A stretch of 62,791 nucleotides of DNA, filler included, from Ionaspis alba (lineage: Eukaryota): NCBI GenBank assembly GCA_964255285.1. It is 4 parts of 4 records of this genome, joined end to end, with 100 filler letters (N's around TTAATTAATTAA, not from the genome) between each part and the next. Parts side by side here need not be neighbours in the genome. Positions count along the whole stretch, not along the records: positions 47,212 to 62,791 come from CAXUUL010000370.1; 3 more parts are not named here. The stretch is one strand, 5' to 3'. Both the position numbers and the translations under genes were made by a program. The notes below the pieces were generated by a model. That model was not told the DNA's origin. It worked only from the letters and a program-made list of their open reading frames with translations, and did not search any database. Below are positions 51,690-62,791 of the stretch, one piece after another (the first letter of the stretch is position 1; every line of letters starts with the position of its first letter).

Positions 51690-54540
51690 CTCGAGTCAGC
51701 TATGCTTGCCACTACGGTACGTGTATGTAATCTGAAAAGAGAAAAACTTCATGGACAGCATCGAGTATTGTGCTCTTGGTAGATATGAGTTGGCCAACGG
51801 GAGGGGTACAAAGAACGGAACAAAGGGCACCTACGACATATTGCTTTGGTCGAGCACAAAGAGGTGGCCGGCAGCTCCCTTACACAATTTCGGAAAAAAA
51901 GAGAATTCTGCTCGATAAGAGGTAGTAGTCTAGTACTGACAGTTGTGTTGCTGAAGTTGGATGAGGCCGGGAACCGCCATCATTTTATGGATCGACGGTC
52001 TTGTCCCTGACTTTAGGATGGTGTGGAGATATCAATCCAAGGTCTTGGATTGCAGAAGTCAGTCCTCCAACCAATGCAGGGGATCAAAGCTGGCCGGGTC
52101 AGGCAAGGAACATTCCTACCTGCTTTCTGCAGATCAACCAGACGATTGGAACAATTTTAAGGTTTCTGGGAGCGGCGCGTATAGGTTCGAACGGCGGAAC
52201 CATGCAGACGGTAACGCAATTTGATCCGAACCAATATTTCGGTCCTTTCGAGGACAAGGCCAGCACTCTTACGGTCTGCGCACATGCATCTCAAAGAGGT
52301 GGGCTCCCTCAAAGGCCATGGAGTAAGGATCTGAAGGGGATCGGTCTCCGCGATGCTTCTCCCTTCATGCGGTCAGACTAGGTCGATTAGCCACTGGGAT
52401 GTTGAGCGATGTGTTTTAAGGCGTTTCCAAGGTTTGGATATCTGTTGTTGATTGACGCTGCCGAGGCTTTGGCGTGGACGAATCGGACACGGTAAGGTTG
52501 TATGAATAGTCTATCTATTACACCACTTATCCATCATGTTCGTTGCTGCATTACAAAGTTAACCTATAAGACTCCAAGCCTTGTCGGTGACTATCAAATG
52601 TGTATAGTTGTATGCATATTCCAACCACTATGCAAGTTCCAGAAGGTCATCCTACTGGAGTACAAACATGGGAGGGCGACAAGGCGATAACATGGTGACA
52701 AGTGCTTACCCTGCACATAGAAAGGGGTAGAGCAATCATGGGTCCATTCTCAACGTTTATCTTGTACGACTAAGGTAGACATGATCCTCAAGCAACTCTA
52801 GACGTGGCGGGTCTACCCACGACCATGTTTCTGGGACGGCGGATCACTGCGAAAGATGTCCCCGGGGTGAAGCGTACCTATCAGCTGGGTGTGTTATGGC
52901 ACTCTTAGATTTCGGGACAAAGGTACTGCCAACCGTTCCGTCACATTGCATGGATGCGGCATTGAGCAAAACCCACACATCATTTCCCTCCTGGTTCTAC
53001 CAGATCCTACAGCGCCAATTCGACGGCCGTGCCGCATGCAATGCGGGGCACCCGGAGAGTGGAGGTTGCAGTGGCTGCGGAGGGAGGTACTGTAGGCCGT
53101 GGTTTAGCACGCCAGCCAGTAAATAGATACAGTTGCCTTGAAACGTTGCATACTTATTCGAGCAGTACTTTAGTTTTCCTTTGCAGAGTAACTAAGTGGT
53201 GGCTAATGCCTTTATCCTGATTTTCGAGGCAAGGTGGCTGTGCATTCCTGGTTAGGCGGGTGAAATTGTGTCTACCACTCTCACCAATCCAGTTGAGTGC
53301 CTCCCCTTTGCATGCGAACAGCGGACAGTAGGCAATCCATTGAAGGCTAGAAGTGCTGTGTGTTATTCGGTCAATCCGATGCAGGCCACATTCCTAGCAA
53401 CCCTCAACTTGAAGTCGATGTTGGAGAATCGAAACAACAATTATTCGACCGTGCCTCGGCTCCCGTTCATTTCGAGAAGTTGGTGACACTCGAAGCGGCT
53501 CTGGCACATTACAATGATCATTGCTGACAGGCGCACCACTGAGTTCTGCGTTTCATGTCGTGTCGACCTTGCCAATACCAAGGTCCAGTTTAATGGGTCT
53601 GATAAGCATCATGCAAAATGCAAGAGATGTTAAATGATCACAAATTCACTGCGTCAATCACTTCTCGATGAGTGAACAGCAACAGGCATTGCGGCGGCGT
53701 GTCCGAGGGAATTTTCGGATAGGCAGAAACGATTAGACGTCTATTATGAAGAATAGCGCGAACAGAGAAGAGGCACAAACAGTAGGCAGCCAATCATTTC
53801 ATATTCGATTCCAGCATCGAGCATCGCTAGCAATGCTAGAAACCCTAGCCCTAACATTGTCTCACTAATAACTTTGACAAAACTCGGAAAAATAATTTTT
53901 GACACTGCGTCACCAGCTGCGGGGTGGAAAGAGGGGTTATCGCGACATGCCAACACGCTAGTGGGTCGGAAAGACGCCACCAACGCTGGATCCTCCAGCT
54001 CAAACTCAACTGCTTGAGCCTCAAACAGTTTCAATGAAAAGATTACATGCTGAAATAGATTTAGAGTAAAGAAATTTCAAGATAGAACATCGACTCAAGA
54101 TAAACTGAGTGTATAATCCCAGATATTCGCAACTTTCGTTGTACCAGATCGATCCCTTGGCATGATCACGTCGACCAATTGCAGGCAAAAGAAAAACCCC
54201 CGGTTTGTGAACGGGTAGCGGGGTCGCGGACAGCCGGGGAGCCAAGGGCTTCCCACCTCCTGGTCTCGATCCGAGCAATGGATATGGGACTGAAGTCCAG
54301 TCCCCACCACGAACGAGCTTTGAGCTTTAGCTTCATCACCGGCGTTCCTTGAGCTGGGTTGTACTGCTTGGCTGGTGGGAGGTAGTACGTATTTGTAGTT
54401 AAGGATTCCCTCTTGTCTTTATCTCTGTCCTTCGCATCTCCTTTCTTACGCTCCACCATTGTTGCAGGGGCCGCATAGTTTTTCGACTTTCCGATTACTT
54501 GTTTGTTTACTGTATGCGCACGTAGCGCGCCATTACCACA

Positions 54541-57133
54541 ATGGCATCGACTGGATATGAGCTGTCGGAAGGTGACAAAGCTGGGGAGAAATACCGCTAT
54601 GATTCCACTCCTATGGCACGCGGTGTCAAAGACGAGGAGTTCGCGGCGCCGTATTCTCCCAGAGATTCGGACGAGTTGAAGCCGGTGTACGATAGCACAC
54701 ACCGAAAGCTGAAACCGAGACACATTCAATTGATTGGAATTGGAGGGTGAGTACCATCTCCCACACACACGCGCACACACACACATATCACCGATGCCAT
54801 TGAGCATAGAGCATGCAATGCTTGGCCAAGAAATGCAGCCCAGCCGTCGAGAAAGAGAAGAATCTAAGAGATCGAAAGCGGGACATATTGGAGAAATGGT
54901 GGCTGAGTAGCTTGATGTAGGACGATTGGTACAGCGCTGTTCGTTGGTATTGGTGTATGTTGAGCATTACCAGTGTCTCTGATGAAGCAATGCTGACAGA
55001 AACCCTTAGCGTGGTTTGATCAATGGTGGACCCGGGTCACTGTTTCTGGCTTTCACGATTTGGTGAGTGATCCTATCCAACCCAATCTCTTTGTGCGCAG
55101 AGATTTCGGGAACAACGGCGAGACAAAGTGCAAAAGAACGGAATGATAAAAGATGCGCCGTAAGAAAAACTGAGAGATGAGGGAAACAAATAGGTAGATT
55201 GGTGATATGGAAGAGATGAAGCAGTTACGCTTGCGTCCCCTTTACCATGTGAGGCAGATAGTGTCTCATACAACCATGTGATCTAGGTGTACATTCATAT
55301 TAGCAGTCACAAACTGTACGACTCCTCTCTTTCCGTCATCTCCTTGCAGCTTGTGAGCGTGTGACTCGTCGTCGGCAATATCGAAACGCCAGCCGGCTCC
55401 TCAATCCTCACGGCCCACAAGCGCCATTCAACATGGTCCATATGCGCCAGCCGTCAGACACAACCGCCGAGACGAGAAGCGAATCCGAGTATTTCGCCAA
55501 ACGCCGCGAAGCCGATAGCGCCAATCAAATGTGAGGTCGCGCTCTTAACATGCTGACAAAATGGGCATCTAGGTATGGCTGAAATGGTCACTTACCTGCC
55601 CATCTCTTCGCCCTTCATTCGATTCGCAGGTCGGTACGTCGATGAAGCCTTCGGCGTTGCAGCCGGGTACAACTTCTTCGTCTTCGAAGCTGCTCTCGTA
55701 CCCTTCGAAATCGTCGCCTGTAATGTCATCATCCACTACTGGAGCGCCGCCGTCCCCGCAGGCGGCATCATCGCCATCGTCGTCTTCCTCTACGGGTGGG
55801 CCTCTCTCGCCATTGACACTTTGAATATACTAGAGCTGACCGCATCATTACCAACGCAGCCTCATCAATGTCTTCGCTGTCAAATGGTATGGCGAATCGG
55901 AGTTCTGGCTCGCTCTCGGCAAAATGCTGCTCATCATCGGCTTGATCATCTACACCTTCATCACCATGCTGGGTGGCAACCCTCTAGGTGACCGCTTCGG
56001 CTTCCGCTACTGGCGGGACCCTGGCTCCTTCGCCGAACTCTACTATACCGGGAACCTTGGCCGCTTCCTCGGTTTCCTCCAGTGTCTTATTCAGGCTTCC
56101 TTCACCGTTGCCGGACCCGACTATGTTAGCATGGCAGCGGGCGAGGCCGAGAACCCCAGAAAGGTAATGCCGAAAGCATATAATGCTGTCTTCTACCGAT
56201 TGACCGCATTCTTCGTTTTGGGTAGCTTGGCCGTCGGAATCAACGTCCCGTACAACGACCAGGAACTGCAGGCCGCGTTCAAACAGGGACTTCCTGGTGC
56301 GGCCGCCAGCCCGTATGTGGTGGCGATGAATCGATTGAGAATCAGAGTGCTCCCGGATATCGTCAACGCAATGGTGCTGGCCTCAGCTTTCAGCGCCGGA
56401 AACAGTTACGTGTACTGCGCAAGTCGGAGTCTGTTCGGTCTCGCACTCGAGGGCAAAGCGCCGAAGATTTTGACGAGGTGCACACGTAATGGAGTGCCGA
56501 TCTATTGCGTTGCTGTGACACTGGCGATCAGTCTTTTGAGCTTTTTACAGGTCAGCACGAGTGCTGCCGTGGTGCTGCAATGGTTCGTCAATCTGGTGAG
56601 TCATATGTCGGGCGTAAGAGATTGGGGTCAAGTGGCGATAGCATTGCTGACAAAGAAAACAGGTTACTGCTTCCCAACTCATCAACTTCTCCGTCATGTC
56701 TTACACTTTCATCCGATTCATGAAAGCCTGCGAGGCACAAGGACTGGATCGCAATACTCTCCCGCACAAAGGCTGGGGTCAGCCATATGCGGCTTGGTAT
56801 GCCCTAATTGGATGCTTTGTCATGACTTTTGTGGGCGGCTACACGGTGTTTCTGCCGGGTCAATGGGATGTCCCGACGTTCCTCTTCTCGTACATGATGA
56901 TCGGAGTATTCCCGGTCCTTTTTGTTGGATGGAAGATACTCAAACGGACGAAGTGGCTGAAGCCGAATGAGGTTGATCTGCTGAAGGATGTGGAAGAGAT
57001 TGAAGAGTATACAAGGAACTTTGTGGAGAGACCACCGAAGTAAGCTGAGAAGCGATACGCGCGATGATCATAAGCTGACGCGTATTGCAGGAATAAATTT
57101 GTCAAAGTAGTTGATAAGGTCTTCAATGCCTAG
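54541..57133 (+). CDS. Amino acid permease (APC/YAT family, Agp2/proline-permease-like)
   Basis: HRKLKPRHIQLIGIGG|TIGTALFVGIG|RGLINGGPGSL, MAEMVTYLP, YGESEFWLALGK, AAGEAENPR and SAFSAGNSYVYCASR are present. About eight exons. Confidence 0.93.
54762..54785. repeat. (CA)n microsatellite in intron 1 of the permease
   Basis: cacacacacgcgcacacacacaca. Confidence 0.7.
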
Positions 57134-60100
57134 ATGCGCAGAAGGAATTATTAAGAATCGACGGCCAATGATGTATGAGTGTAGGAGGTATCCTGTTTTG
57201 CAATGGTCCTGTTCGTTGATGTTGGGATGAGAGATTCGTTGCTTACGGAAATGCCGAGGACGTCTCATCTTTTTCCTTTCTGTCGCATTTCGAACTGGTG
57301 CTATTCCTGTCTGCAAGTTTAGATGATCTGTAAATAGAAATCACTGACCACGAGTGCAAAGTAATTGTCTCCAGTGAACCGACTATCTCGTTGCTTCTTC
57401 AATCAATTACCGAACCAGCAGATTTTGATTGGTTGGGATGGCATTTGCTGGCGGTGATGGTAAACTCTGGTCCTTCATACAACGATAGGTGCATTATGAG
57501 ACAGGCTTTCATTAACATCGAAGAACGGCCGAGGTTTCGGTGTACGAATCAGTGCCTCGTACTTGACATCCGGGGGAAATGTGACAAATCTTCTCCATCT
57601 CCCTCCTTTTGCGTGAGGATGATGCAGAGCGAGGCTCAACTCGCTTAACACGAATCGAGATCATGAACTGGGCAGACCACGTGTCCAGAAAGGAAGGATG
57701 CCTGACAGACTAGCACACCACCAAAAGATCGATCAAGGATGAAGTAGCGCTGGGAGGATCAAGGATGAGGGGAAGTGGGAGCAGATTGAGAGCCACTGAA
57801 TCGGGTATGGTCAGATCGAATCTCGAACATGGGCAGGATGGAGAAGGAAGTAGGATGGACGAGTCCTGCCAGGGGCAATAAATGCCAAGATACGCATTCA
57901 ACCACTTTGTTTCGTTCCGGCAGCAGGAATCGAGAAGATCACGGAGGATTACGTGTGCAAATATATGAAGAAAGCATTCCTGTAGACCAGATTTATATGA
58001 TGAGGATGTAGATGATTGGTTGGCGAATGCTGGTTGCGAGAAGCTAAAAATTCAGGCGAGTCGTAAGCCGCGCGTGAGACCGTGGGCCGCGTAAATTTCC
58101 TCCCAAAAGTTCCTGTTCCATCAATGAGGACTTTTCCCCTGGAGAGGGGAAAAATACGATCGATGCGATTCTGGCCCGCCAGCCCTTTGGATTCCTCATC
58201 GCGCGAAGCATTCTACGAGCGCGGAAGATGTTCTGATGGTGTCGTCCTTTGACGTGTCAAAGTCCAACCAAGGATCAACCTCGTTACGAGTAGTCTTGGT
58301 GTACCAACTACACCTCTTTTCTTTTGAATGCAGGTCAAGGTCCATCTTTGATTGTATGAGCGATTTTCAGGAACACAACACCGACTGTCGCTTCATTTTT
58401 CTTCTCGACCATTAAAAAAAACATCTCCGAAGAGGTGGAAGCACCTAGTGCTCGCCCCCGCCCTCCTGGGCTCCTTGGCTTGCTCCTGCGTGATAATGCA
58501 AGGCCCCATGCATGCACCTGCCCACTATCCTCGGAGCATCGTTGATGAAATAGCTTCTAGGATTCGACGGCAGTAACTGCTGGGCTGCTTGGTTTCTCCC
58601 ACTTGCGTGTCAGCTGTGCAGCAATTCGTCCTGCAGGTGCATGTTTTGGTTCTACGGTGAGGAAGAGGGGCCACCATGCAGCTGCCGTGGCTGGGTTGGC
58701 CCCCCATGTCTTTGAGGGGCTGTTGCGAAAAGTATGCAGTGTCGATCGCAGTTCAGCTCTGCTCGTCCGATGCATCAATCTTCTGATCGTGTGATTACTA
58801 TTACAGTCAGGCGTAGGTTATGGAGCAGGGGATGTGGCATACCTTTAAGACATCCATAGAGCTAGGTATACTGGACGGGATACCGAGATCTGAAGCAGCC
58901 AAAAGGAAAATAACAGATATCACCGCAGCGTACCTAGGAGAAGGGTGGGATGCAAGTAAGTCCTGTGGGGTTGATGACAAGCCACAAGGCTTTAAATTTG
59001 AGGAGCAAAAACCATTCTCGATCGACCCCGGTGAGCATGATGACGCGGGTTGGTGATGCAGGTCAAGGGTTTGGCTGAAGCCTTTCACATGCTCGAAAAT
59101 TGCTTTGATCCTGCCTATCCATCTTGATCCAGAGTGTGATTGATGATGTTCTCGAATCTTTCGAATTGTGTTTGGCCAAATCTCTGCTCGCGCTTCACAA
59201 GAATAATCCTGTGCATTCGTTGTCAAAGGAGATGATAATCGGCGAATAACAAATTGTTTGTTTGATTGTCACTCTCCTATGCAGCACTTCCGTAAAAGTA
59301 CTGAATTCAAGAGACTCTGTCCACTAAGATTGCGGGAACATTGGCGATCCGGTACCTTGCGATGCTGGCTATGACTGGGGTGCACTTGCGCCAGATCTGC
59401 TGAGGTGGTGTGGTGGAGGGGACCATCAACTCGCTCGACGCAAGGTGTCAAAGGGCAACGGTCAGGACAGGGACTTCATTGTGTAGCCAGCCAGAAGGTC
59501 CCTCAGCCCTCCATGCCCAGCAAATCCCATTAGTGTGTCACGGAAAGTTCCTGCTGATCATTGCAAGGTGTGCCCTTGCACTCATTGATACGGCTCTAAG
59601 TAGGTACGACGCTGGAAAATCCTGAGGCACCAGCATCAGTCGGGTATTTTCTTGTCCAATTCATTGTTTATCTCGTTACAGGGGAGACATGGAGGGCATT
59701 GGAAAAAACGGGAGGGCGTCACGCCACAGATTTCCAACCCTCCACCGACTAAACATGTGGAGGGCAACCAGAAGTCCTCCACACCACAGGTGTTACCCCC
59801 CTTAGCCGGAGTTCTATGCTCGTGCTAATTGAGGAGATTGGGTTCGTTTCTACCTTGAAATGTCTCACCGTAGTTCTTGAGGCTCTTCTCCGTTTTCTTT
59901 GCGTCTCCTAAACCATATCTATATAATCCGTTGATCAACCCAATATTTTTTCCAACCTTACCCTACACTTCTCGTAATTCACTTATGCACCCAGCTCATT
60001 CTCCATTGTCACGACCGAACAGGCTAATCTGGTGGCCATCATGCCGTATGTCTACCGATGTGACACTACTTGCTGATAGCATTATTGCACGTTGGCATTG

Positions 60101-62236
60101 TGGTTGACGTAGCTAACAAGATTTAATAGATCCGACCGTCAAAATCAAGCTGTGACCACCGGCCCCCAAAAGCTGGCATATGAAGCCATTGCAACTCCAC
60201 ATTCTATACAACGATACTTGGTTGAAGTTGATAAACACCGTGCTTCCCTTGTTGGTTACCCACAGGAGGTCAATGCAAAACTTTTGAATTCTGAACGAGA
60301 TGCGTTGGACAAAGAACTCAAACGTATGCTCGGCAAGCAAAGACGAAGAGGTAATGGAGTCCCCCCAGCTGCTGGTGTGCCTGATACTCATCCTCTGCAG
60401 AGACATCCAAGCTATGAGGAGAGGCAACCACTCGGAGCTCAACAACAATCAATTTGCCTGTTCGTCAGCAGAAGCATTTTCAACAAGCCTTAGTTTCCGT
60501 GCATCCGGCGCTCTTCGGAAGTCAAGGCGCAACTTGATTGACGTCAAGTTACGGGCATTGACAGCGGGCTAGTGGGCAGGCAGTGCGAAGGAAGACCAAT
60601 AAAGCTGATTGTAGCATTGTTCATTTCCTACTTGAGGCAGGCTGCACAGCCTCAACCTATGTCCTTTTCGTCTTTTAGAAGCACCGTCAGTTAGGTGCTG
60701 ACACAATTTGAGCATGGATGGAAACAGGATCAATAGAGCCGAATAGAAGGGTGACAAGCTTGGCGTTCGGTTTGAAGGGCTGACCAATAGTATACATGTT
60801 GCACAGGCTGACGTGAAGCTTACTCTTTGACTTTGATTAAACAATGACGCTCACAATCGACACTGACTTGATGTCCGTACGCTGATCCATTCGAAATTGC
60901 TCAGCCGACTAATTCGTAAATCGGCAAATGTGGTCGCTTCGGCTCAATGGCTTCGACGGAAGTCCGAGCTTGTAGTGACTGTCATGGTTTGCCTAATTTG
61001 AAAGATCGAACTGAAAGTCAACAATCGTTGTTTCGGTAAAGGAGTGGCAAAAAAACACATAATCCAGTCATTCTGACTCATGTGATATGGTTTTGCCGCC
61101 ACGCAAAATCACCGAGACACAGACCAAGGCCACGAATAAGAGCACGACGGTTGAGGAATGTAACATCTCTAAAATCTACTCCAATCGGCAAAGCCATTTA
61201 TCACAGGATCAACGATCAGTTTCGGAAGGCACTGTGTGAGGAGGCTGGTGAGAACACGCGGACAGGCTGCCATGCTGTGAGACATTGAGATCTCTCATAT
61301 GCTTATTAGTAGGATCCTGATGACAGGGCCGCTGCCCCTACCCATGACCTGCTGGAGTGTTGGTGGCGAGATACATGTGGCGAACCTGAGACATACGTGG
61401 GGAGGAGGGCGTTTTGGTGGCAACACGACGACAAATGCAGTGGTCGTCGTGATTGAAGCTGGGAGTGGAATTCTTCCATGTTATTGGTGCGCATAAAGAC
61501 TGCCCTTCCTGGATGGTCCAGGGATGGTACCCATTCATGAGATGAGAGACCGATTTATCATTTGTGTAGCGTGGGATGTTGCATTGGTGAGTGGTTGTGG
61601 TGAAGGGGAAAGAGACTTCAGGGAAAAGCTTCGAGAAGGCTGTCTATCCCTGGGGGGCGGGATTGTGACAGTAACCGGCCGCTTGCCCGCCGGCGTTTGC
61701 GGCATTAGGGCGATCTAGTGGGGAGCGCAAGGGGACCCTAGACGGGCGACTCCCTGAGTTTGAAAAGCGCCACCGCCTGGGGCAGAATCACGAGTGTCCA
61801 ACCAACTCATTGAACTTCCCTACCAAGACTGTACTTCGTCGGAGTTGAAACAAAAGTCCTTTAAATGCCTATACAAAAAGACCCGAGCTTCTAAAGCAAG
61901 GACCCTCTGGCCTATCTTGTTCTGTTTCCGCGTTTCATTCTCCGAGAGTCCTGAGTCCATTTAAGACGCCTTCTCGGTCACATATCATCCTACCAATCAA
62001 ACAATGATGGCAAAGAAAGAACGAGCCTTAGCGGATCGGAAAGGACATCTGTCAATTTCCAGACACCTCGTCATTGAAGGGCGTGACTTATTGGCTGAAG
62101 TGGAGGGAGCGAATCTGCCATGACCTCCGCTGGGAGCCTTAGTAGAAGCCACGCTGTGAGCCTAGACAATCTGGAAGACCATGTAAGTGATATGGAACCT
62201 GTGGGATTTCAGGATCCCTGTTAAGGAACAAAACAT

Positions 62237-62470
62237 TAAAAGTCGCGGAGGCGCTTGGTGAAAGTATCGTCTGCTTGTCAAAAGAGTGCCGATAGGCTAC
62301 CTGTGGTAGCCAGATGCACTAAAAGTCGCGGAGGCGGATCGTTGGTAAAAGTATCCTGTGCTACTGGTTGTGGCAAGACGGGTTAAAAGTCGCGGACACT
62401 ACAAAGGTCGCGGAAACTAAAAGTTGCGGAGTCTGCGGTGGTCTTTGTCAATGGAATTAAAAGTCGCGGA
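62237..62470 (+). repeat. Cluster of six direct copies of a 13-bp motif TAAAAGTCGCGGA
   Basis: Perfect copies start at 62237, 62320, 62384 and 62458. Variants are CAAAGGTCGCGGA (62402) and TAAAAGTTGCGGA (62418). Confidence 0.9.
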
Positions 62471-62791
62471 CGGGGCGCAGAGCAGTTATTGGCAGATCTT
62501 CTCTGCGGTCGCCTTTACCTCGAGGACTGCATGAGCACAGTATAAGGTTGCTTGCAGCTGGAGCATACAGGAAAAGTCTGCGGGCAGCCATCTGCAGCAT
62601 AAGGGGCGATTTACTAGGCTGCAGGCTGAGAGGACCTATGTTTGTTGCAAGCCACCGGATCCAGAGTTTCGAGCTGCTTCCGCTAAATTGGAACCCCGCA
62701 GCGACCTGGTCGGTATGTCAGGTGTGTCTGATGATAGCAATCAGCGCAGGCCACGGATAATAATAGTAGATGGAAAGATTGCTATTCTTGT

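Overview
This is eukaryotic DNA from a filamentous ascomycete (Pezizomycotina inferred from short GT-AG introns with CTRAC branch sites and from the gene families; lower rank cannot be fixed from sequence alone). The window is not one locus. It is four separate scaffolds (1-15684, 15785-31411, 31512-47111, 47212-62791) joined by artificial N44-TTAATTAATTAA-N44 spacers, with six further internal 100-N gaps. About 22 intron-containing or single-exon genes are supportable, mostly housekeeping: Kch1/Prm6-like, BCKDH E1-beta, COX15, a dynamin-family GTPase, a head-to-head pair of Zn2Cys6 transcription factors, ASNSD1-like, VPS9, PhoD, a DUF2235 hydrolase, a flavin-reductase-like protein, a MetX-like hydrolase, PAP1, mitochondrial ProRS, a GPI protein and an amino-acid permease. 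The most interesting items are: (i) an orphan secreted precursor with LxxR/RR Kex2-type sites and six consecutive X-Pro/X-Ala dipeptides before a cationic amphipathic segment; (ii) a ~76-bp conserved-block/variable-spacer repeat array that looks like a decayed coding repeat; (iii) a six-copy TAAAAGTCGCGGA motif cluster; (iv) an Mx-like dynamin with a candidate bipartite NLS. Exon boundaries were read by eye and are approximate. No database searches were run.
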